Shown: piece by piece, positions 11,611-24,724 of the stretch
Layout: every line of letters begins with the position of its first letter
Numbering within the stretch: position 1 is the stretch's first letter
Assembly: GCF_006345805.1 (NCBI RefSeq)
Contig: NC_043004.1
Location: 76,322,001 to 76,386,000, forward strand
Direction of reading: 5' to 3'
From: Octopus sinensis
Lineage: Eukaryota
Length of the DNA: 64,000 nucleotides
Made by a program: the position numbers and the translations under genes
Notes under the pieces: generated by a model
What the model saw: only the letters and a program-made list of their open reading frames with translations
What the model was told of the DNA's origin: nothing
Databases searched by the model: none

Positions 11611-12604
11611 TGGAAAAAGAAAACGATGGCAGATTACGAAACATAAACTATTCGTGAACGTTCGAGAATAATTCTTCTGCTTTATCTCTTTGAAAGCTTT
11701 CTTGGCATCGTCTGAAATTTGCTTCCGTTGTGAAAAGTCGCTTCAATGTCAGCAGATATTTAGTTTGTATAAATACAACTAAATTTAGCTGGGTAATTCT
11801 AGCTGCACACACGCATGCGCGTGTACGAGTATATATTGTATATACGTGCAGACGAAGAAGTTAAGAACACGGATACACACGCACAGGCGCACGCGCGCAC
11901 ACATCCATATCAAGGAAGAGACGGACGATGGGAAGCTGGCTGAGAAGAGAATTTAGATAACTTCTTCAACCAAAAGATACACACACACACACAAACACGC
12001 ACGCATGCACGTACACACACGCACAAACAAACACATGCATACACACACACGCTCACAAACAAACACACGCACACACGCATGCACGCACGCACACACAAAT
12101 ACGCACGGACGCAGGCACGTACACACACACGCTCACACACACACACACACACGTACATACGTACATACATACACATATACATAGTGCAATGCACGCACAA
12201 ACGCGCGCGCACACGCACACATACACACGCTCAGACACACACACACACACACGTACGTACGTACATACATACAAAGACACATGCATGCATATATACACGC
12301 ATACATACATAAATACATACATACATGCAAAGACACATACGTGTATGCATACGCACATACACACATTCATACATACACAAACACACGCACACATAGATAC
12401 AAAGACACACGCATACATATATACATACATACACACAAACAAAAATACCCTGTTGTTGATGTTGAAATTCCAATGAAGGAGGCTTGGATCTAGGTTAGAA
12501 ACCGGCACTTTCTCTCTTGGCAAGAAATCATGAAATAAAACTGAACAATGACATACATACATACATACATACATACATACATACATACATACATACATAC
12601 TTAC

Positions 12605-12864
12605 ATGGTGGAAACCAGCTCGTGACGGAGTAAGACAACTTCCTAGTAAGTCCGAGCAAATATTCCGGTATTCCAAGAATTTCCTGTGCGTGAATTCTCT
12701 TTGAGTGGATAAACCGCTACACAGCATTGAACAAACGTCTCAGACACTGCATTATGGGATAATGGTAGTAAATGCCAGTGGTCTTGTGAAATCCTGAAAT
12801 GTCTAATGGTTTCTTTGGAAGCAGAGGGGCGGTTTCTATAGGATTCACTCGAAAATAGAATCAC
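12605..12864 (-). other. Candidate host exon (260 nt)
   Basis: Acceptor atttttcag|GTG, donor CAT|gtaagt; unique sequence; reading frame unresolved. Confidence 0.45.
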
Positions 12865-13169
12865 CTGAAAAATCATTTTTAGCTATTTTACATCTTCAGT
12901 GTGTTTGAGAAATCATGAATGATTCATAATCGCATTTCCTTTCCTCCTAAACATGATTCTGTATTCTTCAAACGAGAAAAGTATTGATTTCTTTGGTTGA
13001 CACACGGAATCAAGCTTGTCGAAGTGCAAAATGGAATGTTACGTAATGCCAGTGCTCTCATCTGGAACCAAAATCGAACAAGGCAATCGGCAGTTTCTCT
13101 ATGAGCTTACTTTTGTGCTCCTTCGCCATTATCTCATAATACAGTGATCCGCATGGGGAGTAAAGCCTG

Positions 13170-13352
13170 ATCTGAGAGATTCCAGGCGGGGCAAAACACT
13201 TCATTTCACATTGCTTCAGTTCCAATCAGCTGTGAATGAATAACCCTGTGATGGACTGGCTTCCCATTCAGGGGGGAAAATGTTGTGATCTTCGTCACTT
13301 AAATGTCACAGAGACTAGGTAACCATCCCTATGAGTCGTAGGACTCGAGCCG
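13170..13352 (+). mobile_element. SINE family D, diverged
   Basis: aaaacacttcatttcacattgct...ccctgtgatggactggcttcccattcagggggg; related to 24140-24395. Confidence 0.6.
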
Positions 13353-14202
13353 ATGATGTCTCAGGAATGACGATGATGATGATGATAATGATGATAAAGG
13401 TGGCAGCGGCGGCGGCGGTAGTGGTGGTGGTGGAGATGGTAGTGGTGGTGGTGGTGGTGGTGGTAGTGGCGATGATGAGAATGATAGTGGTGGGAGAAGG
13501 GGATGGGGATGGTGATTTGACTTAATTTTGTCTTTTCATTTATTAAAGGGGAGGGGCACACATTTTTTTGCAAACATTGAGGCCGGGGGTTGCCGCTATT
13601 TGTCAGTTTGAGAACCACTTACATAATTCCATCACCTCAATATTCTCTCCACTTCTCTCTCTTTCTTTCTTTCTCTCTCTCGTTCCCCCCCTATCTCTCT
13701 CCTTTCCTGCCAATTTATATAAACGGTGTATCCGGAGATTTAATTCTTGTCCTCTTTTAAACCTGTTACGACGTTTGAACTACTTCCGTTCAGATCATGT
13801 TTTGGTGATATTTAAACATAGCCTTTTTTTGTTTTCATATAATCCTGCATTTTCTTTTGGCAGGGAACTTTAATCGCAGGTCTTAAATTTTATATCACCA
13901 CCACCACCGCTGCCATCACCACCACCGCCACCACCATCACCTTCTCTTGATCTCGCTTTCTTTTTTTCTCTCTTTCTTTTCCTCACTCTTTCTCTCCTTT
14001 TCACTTTCTCTCCTTGTCTTAAAATTCTTTTCTGCTGCGAGAATAATAATAGATGCGAAATATTTGTTTATTCAATCCCAAAAGCATGGAAACACTTCAG
14101 ATCTGATACTGGTCAAGAACCTTGCTTTGCAACCACGTGGTTTCGGGTTTGATTCCATTGTGTGGAACCTTGGGCCAGCCAATACCTCATAAGAGATTTT
14201 GA

Positions 14203-14588
14203 GAGTGGCAGTGTGGTAAGTAGGTTGCTTACCAAGGCGGTGAGCTGGCAGAACCGTTAGCACGCCAGGCGAAATGCTTAGCGATATTGCGTCTGTCTTT
14301 ACGTTCTGAGTTCAAATTCCGCCGAGGTCGACTTTGCCTTTCATCATTTCGGGGTCGATAAATTAAGTACCAGTTGCTTACTGGGTCGATCTAATCGACT
14401 GGTTCCCTCCCCCAAAATTTGGGGCCTTGTGCCTAGAGTAGAGAAAAAAAGTAGCTTGCTTACCAACACATAGTTCCGGGTTCAGTCCCACTGCGTGGCA
14501 CCTTGGGCAAGTGTCTTCTACTATAGCCTCGGGCCGACCAAAGCCTTGTGAGTGGATTTGGTAGACGGAAACTGAAAGAAACCCGCCG

Positions 14589-14641
<53 letters not shown>

Positions 14642-14850
14642 CTGTGTCTGTGTTTGTCCCCCCAACATCCCTTGACAACTGATGCTGGTGTGTTTACGTC
14701 CCCGTAACTTAGCGGTTCGGCAAAAGAGACCGATTGAATAAGTACTAGGCTTCCAAAGAATAAGTCCTGGGGTCGATTTGCTCGACTGAAGGCGGTGCTC
14801 CAGCATGGCCGCAGTCAAATGACTGAAACAAGTAAAAGAGTAAAAGAGCA
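14203..14850 (+). mobile_element. SINE-A interrupted by a SINE-B variant (14235-14450)
   Basis: 15-bp TSD gtag(g/c)ttgcttacca at 14220-14234 and 14451-14465. Confidence 0.9.
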
Positions 14851-14881
14851 AACGGAGACTGTGCAGAAGACCACCGTATAT

Positions 14882-14927
<46 letters not shown>

Positions 14928-15251
14928 CTTTGTGTTTGTATCTAACGCCACAGCTTACAGCTGGTGCTGGTTTGTTTACAGCCCTTAGAATTTCAGTGTT
15001 CAGCAAAAACGATAGAGAAATTACCAGATTTAAAAAAATAACTACTTGAGTCGATTTGTTCAACTAAAACCCTTCAAAACAGTGCTCCATCATGGCCACA
15101 GACCACTGACTGAAGCAATTAAAAGATAAAAGACTCGGTGAAGTACCGAACCAAATTCTTCATGGTTCTCCATTGCTTGTCTTTATTTTCTAAATTCGAT
15201 TCCGTCCAAGGTTGACTTTCCGGCGTCGATACAACAATACCATTAAAATTA

Positions 15252-15501
15252 GGGCATATGGCGTAGTGGTTAAGAGCGCGGGCTACTAACCCCAAGATTC
15301 CGAGTTCGATTCCAAGCAGTGACCTGAACAATAACAACAATAATGATAATAATAACATCGAAAAATACCTTAGGAATGAGAACCCAGGTTCGAAATTTCC
15401 CCAAGACACCTGAAGACTGGAGGGTATATCAGCCGAAACGTTGTGTTAACAGCAAACAAGATGAGGACAAATATCCGTCGAATGTAAATAATGTAAATAA
15501 T
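15252..15501 (+). mobile_element. SINE family C: tRNA-like head, (AAT/AAC)n linker, HHR-like motif, (AATGTAAAT)n tail
   Basis: A box tggcgtagtgg 15259-15269; B box gagttcgattcc 15302-15313; second copy at 58222-58497. Confidence 0.85.
15405..15447 (+). ncRNA. Minimal type I HHR within SINE-C (stem II damaged in this copy)
   Basis: gacac-CTGAAGA-ctg(gagggtatat)cag-cc-GAAA-cg-TT-gtgtt; copy 2 reads gacacCTGATGAagg. Confidence 0.55.
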
Positions 15502-15599
15502 ATAAAAATGTACAAATTAGAGTTGTTTAAAGGGTGTAACACCCGAGTTGCGTCGTTAACCTTTTCGATTTGGGAATACACTTGAGCGGGTGCGATTTT

Positions 15600-16090
15600 G
15601 TATGATTATATCCCTGGAACGGAAGGAGATGATTTGGCACGGTCGACTGCACACTTTGGCATTGGAGGCAAGAACACACACATACATACACACATCCTTA
15701 TGCACATTCTTATGCACATATATACACGCACATCCTTATGCATACACACACATGCACGCACGCACGCACGTATGCACACGCAGAAATATGCACATAGAGA
15801 GAGAGAGAGAGAGAGAGAGATTGAAGGAGAGACACATTACACAAACATAACAATGTGGTCACAAATATAAACAGAGAAAGGAGAGGGAGAGGGGAGAGGG
15901 AGAGAGAGAAGGAGAGAGAGAGGCAATAAAACACGAGAAGCTTTAAGAAATCTGATGAGAAGTCAAAGAGAGAACGAAGGAAACATTAAAATGTGAGAAA
16001 CATTAAAACGTCTGATGTCAAATAAGTCAGCGTAGAATCAGCGACGCCAAACAGGTAGTGCCAAAACGGCTGTGCCAGAATATCTCATAC
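15600..16090. mobile_element. Degraded MITE-like DNA element related to 52625-53035
   Basis: Shared ends gatgatttggcac... and acattaaaacgtctgatgtcaaataagtcagcgt...gcgacgccaa. Confidence 0.45.
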
Positions 16091-16829
16091 ACTCTCTACC
16101 CTTGGAAAACGCAGAAGCTGGCGGTCACATAGGCTTGTGCTTACGGCTGAAAATAACGGTATTTCTGTCAATTAGCTTGCCATAAACATAAAACTGTACG
16201 GGGGCACGCTTTTGCATCTTTCAGACGTACAGTCAAAGGAATTTGCGCCCGGTAAACAATACTTGTGTTTTCAAACACAAGTACAGACAAGCTACGACGA
16301 AAATGATACGTGCGAAATGTGTTTGTCAGCAATGATAGTGGATTGCTGAAGTCATCGAATTACGTAGCCCAAGTTGAGTGACGTAAGTTCCAGCAGCAAG
16401 TTGGCTTTAATCATGTCACGATCTCTGATCATTTACCAGACAAAAGATCTGCAGAAAAGGCACCAAAGACAAAATCGTTAATGACATCCCAAACGTCGGT
16501 TACAACTGGAATTCTAACGAGTTAATCATTTACTGTTCTTTAATGTTTCTGCCAAAGACCTGAATGGTGGCTAACTGCTTTCTACTTTATCAATACTTGA
16601 CAAAATCCTAGCTTCTGTGTGGTCATTCGATCTGCTAGAAGTAACAGCCAAATACTTCGAAGCTCAGATCCTACTGATTTACAAATAAACAAAATGAGAT
16701 ATTTGGTAATAAGGTTATTAAATGGATTTACGATAATCAAGTTAAAAGCATGGGGAAGTGACGAGTGAAACAAATTAGATTATTTATATATTTCTGTTCA
16801 TGGCTGGCTAACCTCGAGCTAAATAAGAA

Positions 16830-17265
16830 CATCATCATTATCATCAGCATCAGCATCATCAACATAGTCGCCATCATTGTCGTTGTCATCATAATTATAC
16901 ATAATTATCATCATTGTCATCATGATCATCCTTATCATCATCATTATCATCATAATCCTCATCATCGTCGTCGTCGTCATCATTATCATCATCATCATCA
17001 TCGTCATCATCATCACCACCTTCATCATCATCGTCATCATCATCATCATCGTCATCATCATCACCACCTTCATCATCATCGTCATCATCATCATCATCGT
17101 CATCATCATCACCACCACCACACCACCATCACCACTACTACAGTCACCAACACCATCATCCTTATCATCATCATCATCATCATCATCATCATCGTCGTCG
17201 TCATCATCATCATCATCGACAACATCAAAAACACCAGTAACACCAGCAGCAGCAGCAGCAGCAGC
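16830..17265. repeat. Compound (CAT/CGT/CAC/CAG)n trinucleotide tract
   Basis: Direct reading. Confidence 0.9.
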
Positions 17266-17694
17266 ATTCCACCCGTGTTACTTTGAACCATCGAACCGTG
17301 TTCTACATCTTGACCTTATCTTGATAAAAGACGGTGTGTGTGTGGAGGGGGCTGGGGGGGGGGGACAAATAGTCATTAACCTCCAAATTAATTTTTTTTT
17401 TTCCGACCAACAAAGTCGATTATTTTGTGACTAAAACGCGAGTTGTCAGGGTTACCAAATGCGAAATAGAGAAAATAGTGTTAATGTGTGAGTTTGTTGT
17501 TGAAGAATGAATAAGAAAAAAGATAAACTATAAGATCCGAGACCGCCTTGTTTATTCCTGTTTGCCTGACTCACAGAGAAAGATGCTAACATCGAAGGGG
17601 AAAAGAGTTGAGAATGAATGGACAAATACAAACGGGAAGACGAACTTTGTTTGATAATGGCTACAAGTGTGGCCGTTGTTGTCTATTTTGGTGC

Positions 17695-18300
17695 ATGCGT
17701 ATATACATACATACATACATAAATACATACATACATACATACATACATACATACATACATACATACATACATACATACACACACACATACATACACACAT
17801 ACATACATACACACATACATAAATACATACATACATACATACATACATACATACATACACACACACATACATACACACATACATACATACATACCTACCT
17901 ACATACACACACACATACACACATACATACACACATACATACATGCATACATACATACATACCTACATACATACAACATACATACATACACACACACACA
18001 CACATACATACACACATACATACATACACACATACATAAATACATACATACATACATACATACATACATACTACATACATACATACATACACACATACAT
18101 ACATACATACCTACCTACATACACACACACATACACACATACATACACACATACATACATGCATACATACATACATACCTACATACATACACACACATAC
18201 ATACACACATACATACACACATACATACATACATACATACACACATACATACATACATACACACATACATACACACATACATACATACACACATATATAC
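17695..18300. repeat. (TACA/CA)n microsatellite, ~600 bp
   Basis: Direct reading. Confidence 0.95.
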
Positions 18301-18534
18301 ATGAGACAGGCAGAGAGAGTAAGAGAGAGAGGGGGAGAGAGAGATATCAGAATTGTATTTCTGTAAAATATACCGTATCTACTTGTGTATATATGTTGCC
18401 CTATTTTATATTTGGTTTTTAACTGGAAAACAAACAAAAAAAGAAGAAAAAAAAAAGAAATTCGGGTGCGATTTATACACGAGCAAAGTTAAAACTATGA
18501 CCGGACAAATTTCGTACCAATATTTAAGACTAAA

Positions 18535-18927
18535 TCTTTATATATAAAAGTAAGGTTGTGTGTCTGTCTCCTACGATTTAGATTCCTAACTACTCCCACA
18601 TTTTGCGGTGCAGTTTAACCAAAACCGGGTATCTTATAATCGTGATACATATCGAGCCCTTCTGGGTATTAGCGCGCGTCTACGATGAGTCTACGATTTT
18701 AAAAATAATTTAACATCATTTTTTTCCATTTTAATGCATATTTTTTTAATATAAGGGAAGTAACTCTCTAAAAATGTCTACGATGAGTCAACGATTTAAA
18801 AAAAATTTACCATCATATTTTTTCCATTTTTAATGCATTTTTTTGCTATTTTTTTGCTATAACTCTCTAAAAATGCTTTATAGTTATTTCCCTTACAAAC
18901 CCGAGCAACGCCGGGTGATACTGCTAG
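18535..18927 (+). mobile_element. Non-autonomous Helitron
   Basis: A|TC start tctttatatataaaag; hairpin cccgagcaacgccggg; CTAG|T end; internal duplication of ctacgatgagtc... Confidence 0.8.
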
Positions 18928-19576
18928 TTATGGATACAATTTACAGACGAGTAAATACGACTTTTCCTCACAGTCTCCCATAGCGTGTCTGTGAAAGAGA
19001 AATGGAATGATAGCAATGAGAGGGAAAAGGTAAAATGTCTTTTAACGATTTTGCTGCGTAAGACGGACACAGCTTCCGGTCATGTTAAGACATCGCTAAT
19101 GTGAGAATCGAATCGAAACTTATTTATAAGAAAATTTAGGAATGTTTCGACATGTTCTGTCAGTATTTTGACACGAAAATGAAATCAGATATTTGAGATT
19201 AACCGACAATTTATCGCAGCCACCACAAAGAATAATTGACTGAAATAAATGTCAGAACGCGTGTCTACTTTCTGCGCAGCGCTTACTTTTATTCGAATGT
19301 CAAATATGGCGTTGATGGTCCCAAACAACGCCCTAATCCAGATAAAGTTGTTAGAGAATCGATTTCAAAGACGAACGATCTGCTGCAAATTCAACTTTCG
19401 TACTCCAAAGATTCATAGAAATGATATAGGTATCACCATACAGTTAAGGTGGTCGCTTTGCAGTCTTGTGATACCTGGTTCGATCTTACTGAGCGACACC
19501 TTTCGTATGTGTTTTCTTCCATCATAGATTCAGGGCGTCTGAAGTCTTGTGAATGATATTAGGAAAAGGGACAAGG

Positions 19577-19970
19577 TTTCTTATTTCTTTATTGCCCACA
19601 AGGGGCTAAACACAGAGAGGACAAACAAAGACAGACAAACGGATTAAGTCGATTACATCGACCCCAGTGCGTAACTGGTACTTAATTTATCGACCCCGAA
19701 AGGATGAAATGCAAAGTCGACCTCGGCAGAATTTGAACTCAGAACGTAGCGGCAGACGAAATACATATTTCTTTATTGCCCACAAGGGGCTAAACACAGA
19801 GAGGACAAACGAGGACAGACAAACGGATTAAGTCAATTATATCGACCCCAGTGCGTAACCGGTACTTATTTAATCGACCCCGAAAGGATGAAATGCAAAG
19901 TCGACCTCGGCAGAATTTGAACTCAGAACGTAGCGACAGACGTGCTAACGGTTCTGCCAGCTCGCCGCCT
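19577..19970 (-). mobile_element. SINE-B dimer
   Basis: Two ~180-bp units plus a head remnant. Confidence 0.9.
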
Positions 19971-20039
19971 TGGAAAGGGGAAAAGTTATCGAAGGCTCTC
20001 AAATAAATTGTACCTGTCCCTCCCAACTAGACACTGTAG

Positions 20040-20400
20040 TGATCCTATACAACGGTGCGCGCGCGCGCACCGCCCTTTTCTGTTTCGCGCGTGCGGGGTT
20101 GGTGCTTTCACCAAGGCAGAGGGGAAGGGCCCTCTCGCGCATGCGCGAAGACCGGAAGAAGGAATTTGCTGTCGTGTCGTTAGTTGATAGGCAGGGGACA
20201 GCGAACCTTAACAAAGAGACAGGGAGCGTAAAACGTTGACCAACTGGGCGTCCAGAGAGAGATATAGCAGCAGTAAGCAGCGACTTGAGGCATAGCGATC
20301 GAAGGTTGCAGACGCGTATTCCCTTCGCTCCCTAAGGACGCCATTTTGACCAGCTCTGTTTTAGCGGCTGAACATTGTAAGAAATCTTACAGCGTTAAAG
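20040..20400. promoter_or_regulatory. CpG-rich promoter-like island
   Basis: cgcgcatgcgcg (NRF1-like) 20136-20147, accggaag (ETS-like) 20151-20158, cgccattttg (YY1-like) 20339-20348; high CpG in an AT-rich background. Confidence 0.55.
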
Positions 20401-21857
20401 TTCAGCCTTGCACATCAAGAACCAAGGGATACCAGATACACCACTTATTTCGTTCTGTGGATAAGAGAATAAAGTATATATATATTTTACGTTTGCGTCT
20501 TGTGTTTTCTGACTGGTAGAATCTGGAAAGTAAAGCAACGGAAATCCTGTATGCACCAGTTGCACCCTGAAAGTGCAAGAAGCTACTCGTTACCGTTACA
20601 ACATCATTCGTTGCTCAATTTATTACCACCTTGCGACTAGGATTCCAATATAAATTCTAAAACGTTCTTAAGACTCTTTCAACTAACCGAGATTACACCA
20701 CTCGCCTTGGACGAGACGCCATTCCACCCCAGAGTCGATCATTTAGAGCTGAGTGAACTGGAGCAACATGAAAATGAAGTGCTTTGCTCAAGAAAACAAT
20801 AGACCATCTGATCGCAAGTGCAAAACTCGAGCCAAATAGGTCACAGGCCTCCATTTACACAGCATAGTTTTAAAAAATATGTAGTGGTGTACTTGTTGTA
20901 GTACTTGTCTCCAACCCCAAATATATTGAATTGAAATCCTGCCAAGGTCGACTTCGCTTTTCATCATTTACATATTGATAAAAGGTGACCCTGACATGTT
21001 CGGTGTTTGATGTATTTAACAACACAGGTTTACGGCTTTACGTAAATAGAATAAATCCTTTACAGCCTATCTCATGCCATAAAGTCAACTTCCCTGTCAC
21101 TATGCCATAAAGTTATTGTAACATATCCCTTTATCCTTCAGTTCTATTGTATCAGTGATTCATTGAGCTACAAGACATTGTTCGACTCACGTTCTTTGTC
21201 ATAAAGTCATTGTACTATTTACTTTATTCATTTTCGCCACTCAAATATCACCTCAACGTTTGACACTCTTACGCGGTCGTCTGGTAGTTAAGATTACGCG
21301 TTCTTCCTGCAGCAACCGGAAGTTCGTTCGCTCTCCTCTACTTGGAAAACTATTGTTTTGGAGCAACAACGAAGTTTCTACATTGTCGTCCGACATGTAA
21401 GAAATAGTAGCCAAATTCCTTCAAATCACACCTTATCGTCATAAAAATGGAAGGATGGGATATGTCGTGAGTGGGTCGTCATAGGTCTTCTCAAACAATT
21501 ATAAAACACAAGCAATTATAACGGGACACATAAGGCGAAACAAAAGACGGAAATCTCACGTAGGTCACTCGACCTACTAGACATAGCAGTCAAATCTTCA
21601 AATCACATACTTTTATCTCTAAAAAAATGAAGATGTGATGAGTTAATTGATTAAATAGTTAACCAATTGACGAATAATAAAGAAGTGAATAGAATCAGTG
21701 CGTGTGTTTATTATTGGCCTAATGATCCTCCCATACTAGTTTATGTGCTCTTAGAATCTCTCTGTCTAGAGAAAAAGGTTAAGATGGTCATTTCTGGAAA
21801 GCCTTTGATTATAATTCTTCTCAGTTAAGGCTAAACGAAAGGAACAGCCGCAGTAGT

Positions 21858-21904
<47 letters not shown>

Positions 21905-22042
21905 CGTCAACTGCAACAACAACAATACCACAGCATACATCGAATGTTTTACATTACCTTACAATATTGTCTTACAGGTGAGATTATAGAAACAGGCTGA
22001 CGATCCAGTTTCAACGGTTGCTATGGACACGACATATAATTA

Positions 22043-22400
22043 TTTTATCTTCTGCTTGTTTCAGCCATTGGACTCTGGCCATGCTGGAGCACCGCCTTGA
22101 AGAGTTTTAGTCCAACAAACCGACCTCCAGTAGCTATTTTAAAACCTGATACTTATGCTAAACTGCTAGGTTACGGGGACAAACCTATGCCGGTTATCAA
22201 GAAATTGTGAGGGACAGACGCAAACACATAGATACACACACACACGCACACACACACACACACGCACACGCGCACACACACATATACGATAGGTTTCTTT
22301 CAGATTGCGTCTAACAAATCTACAGATAAGGTTTTGGTCGGCTATAGTAGAGGAACACTTGCCTATGGTTCCACGCAGTAGGATTGAACCCAGGACCACA
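22043..22400 (-). mobile_element. SINE-A, diverged
   Basis: Reverse-complement tail ccatgctggagcaccgccttg. Confidence 0.75.
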
Positions 22401-22530
22401 CAACTACACATGTGATATGTATGATCGTGGACGCACAAGCAAGGATATTAACAGTTCTATGTCCACAGAGAAGATTCTGACCAATTAATTAGTAAACCTC
22501 ATTTAATGAAGATTAACTGATAATTACATT

Positions 22531-23010
22531 ACATAAGGCTGTTAGCTGGTAGAATCGTTACCGTGCCGGACGAAATGCTGCTAAGCATTTCATCCGTCTT
22601 TACGTTCTGAGTTTAGATTGCCACCGGGGTCATCCTTTCGAAGTCGATAAAATAAATACCAGTAAAACACTGAGGTCGATGTAATCGATTTGACCCCAAC
22701 CCCTAAATTTCTCACCAATAAATATATAACATAAGGCTGTTAGCTGGCAGAATTGTTACCGTGCCGGATGAAATGCTTAGCGGCATTTCTTCCGACTTTA
22801 CGTTCAGAATTCCAGTTCCACAAAGATCGATTTTTCCTTTCATTCTTTCAGGATCGATAAAATAGGTACTAGTCGAGTACCGGTATCGATTTTTACCTTT
22901 CACCCTCTCTGGATCGATAAGTACCAGTTACACACTGAGGAGGGCCGATGTAATCGACTTATCGTCTCCCTCCGACATTGCAGGTCTTGTGCCAAAATTC
23001 GGAGCCAATT
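22531..23010 (+). mobile_element. Cluster of diverged SINE-B variant copies
   Basis: acataaggctgttagctgg repeated at 22531 and ~22730; cores ttcgaagtcgataaa and ggatcgataa. Confidence 0.65.
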
Positions 23011-23686
23011 ATTACATCACATGACCCCATTCCATCTATACCCAGTTCCCTCATTTTCATATTTACCCCCTTCCAACTGTTACTTCTCCTCTTCTAGTCG
23101 GTACTCTCTCCTCCCCCAGTTTTTATTCTAATTTTTTGTTTTATTTTATTGTTGTTCTTTTTTTTCACCTTTCTCCTTATATTAATCTTTCTCTACTCAT
23201 CCTCCTCCCACCGCATCTCACAGCACGTAATGTTACTTCCCTGCCTGACACGCCCCCTCCCCACGCCGTCTCTCTCTCTCTCTCTCCCCCTTTGTTTACA
23301 GACATTGCTATCTTCTCTATTTCCCATTATCCACCTACTTTTTCTTGCTGACTTTCTCACGATACACTTCCATATTGCGTGTATGCGTGTATGTATGTAT
23401 GTATGCCTCTATATATATGTATGTATATATCTATGTATATATGTATGTGAGCATTTGTGTGTGTGCTTTGTATACACATGCAGAAACATTTGTACACACG
23501 CATATACAGTGTACTTATATTTGTATCTATTTTGTGAAAGCATGTATACATACACACACATTTTATTTATATATTTATATATTTATACATCACATTTATA
23601 GTATGTATTATGTATGTTTCTATTTTGGGTATGCGTTTTCACACACAGAGGAATGTATGCATACATACATACATACGTACATACGT

Positions 23687-23735
<49 letters not shown>

Positions 23736-24139
23736 TGGTACTAAAATATGTAAGGTGGACATAAAGTGTGCGCCGAGGTGTTTGTCAAGCTAAGAGCTTG
23801 GCAGTGCACCAGCAACGAATAGAACGTACCGTGTTGTGAAGTGCGTGACATATTTCAGGTACATTTTCTTACATATGTTGACACAGGGGAAACATGAAAT
23901 AAGCGAGTACGCATTGCCACGCCAGAATGCCATGGCAACGGGAATCTTTTGAATATAGGATAAAAGAAGGATGATCGGTGCTAAGTTAAAGCCTGGGAAC
24001 ACGAGAGGCATTAATCCGTTCGGACGAAAATTCATAAAAGACGCATTTGAGTTTCTCAGTAAACGGAGACGTGAGCGATGGCGAAAGTCTCCTCTTTTCC
24101 GTGTGAATATTTCGTTAATTGACGCATAAACGAATCATC

Positions 24140-24395
24140 ATCAACCATTGGGTGTTAATGACTCGAGTCCTGGGACTCATAGGATCGCTTACCAAGTTTC
24201 CAAGGCGTACAAGTGACCACAATCACAATATTATCCCTCTGAACGGGACACCAAATCTTTCACAAGGCTGCAATTAAACGGAGCAACGTGAAATGAAGTG
24301 TTTTGTTCAAGAACTCAACACACCCTGCCGGCCGAGAATCGAAACCTCGATCCTCCGATCATGAGTGCAATACTCTAACCACTAGGCCACGCCAC
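24140..24395 (-). mobile_element. SINE family D
   Basis: Head ggcgtggcctagtggttagag, gtttcgattc B box, aaaacacttcatttcacgttgctcc. Confidence 0.75.
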
Positions 24396-24724
24396 TGTAT
24401 AACCGAAAGTAATTTCAAATTACAATTAAAAGCGTCAGTTGTAATTGAAGCTTCTGATTGTTCTCTGGGTTAAAACTCTCCTGTCTACTTCGATATACTT
24501 TTATATTAAGAAAATAATATACCGTATTCCATACAATATAAGCACTACCGTAGCTGGGGGGGGGGGAGATCGGTAGGGGCGGACCCCACTAAGTGGCACT
24601 TTTGGGCCTACTGTAGGCAATATGTGTTGTTTGGTGGGGTCCGAGGTCGGCAAACGAAAAGGCCGCCCCGGGCGGCACACAATCTAGTATACGCTATGCT
24701 TATAACATGCACTTTTTTTTTATT

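Noticed and set aside
14815-14840. SINE-A tail agtc(aaat)gact-GAAA-caag-TA resembles the 3' half of a hammerhead
   Set aside because: No CUGANGA upstream in any copy; better explained as the LINE-recognition stem-loop.
15252-15320. tRNA gene
   Set aside because: A and B boxes are present but there is no acceptor-stem closure or terminator, and it continues into a repeat body; it is a SINE head.
19249-19527. 92-aa ORF near the CpG island
   Set aside because: No homology recognised and no supporting splice structure; the candidate minus-strand exon there has stops in all frames.
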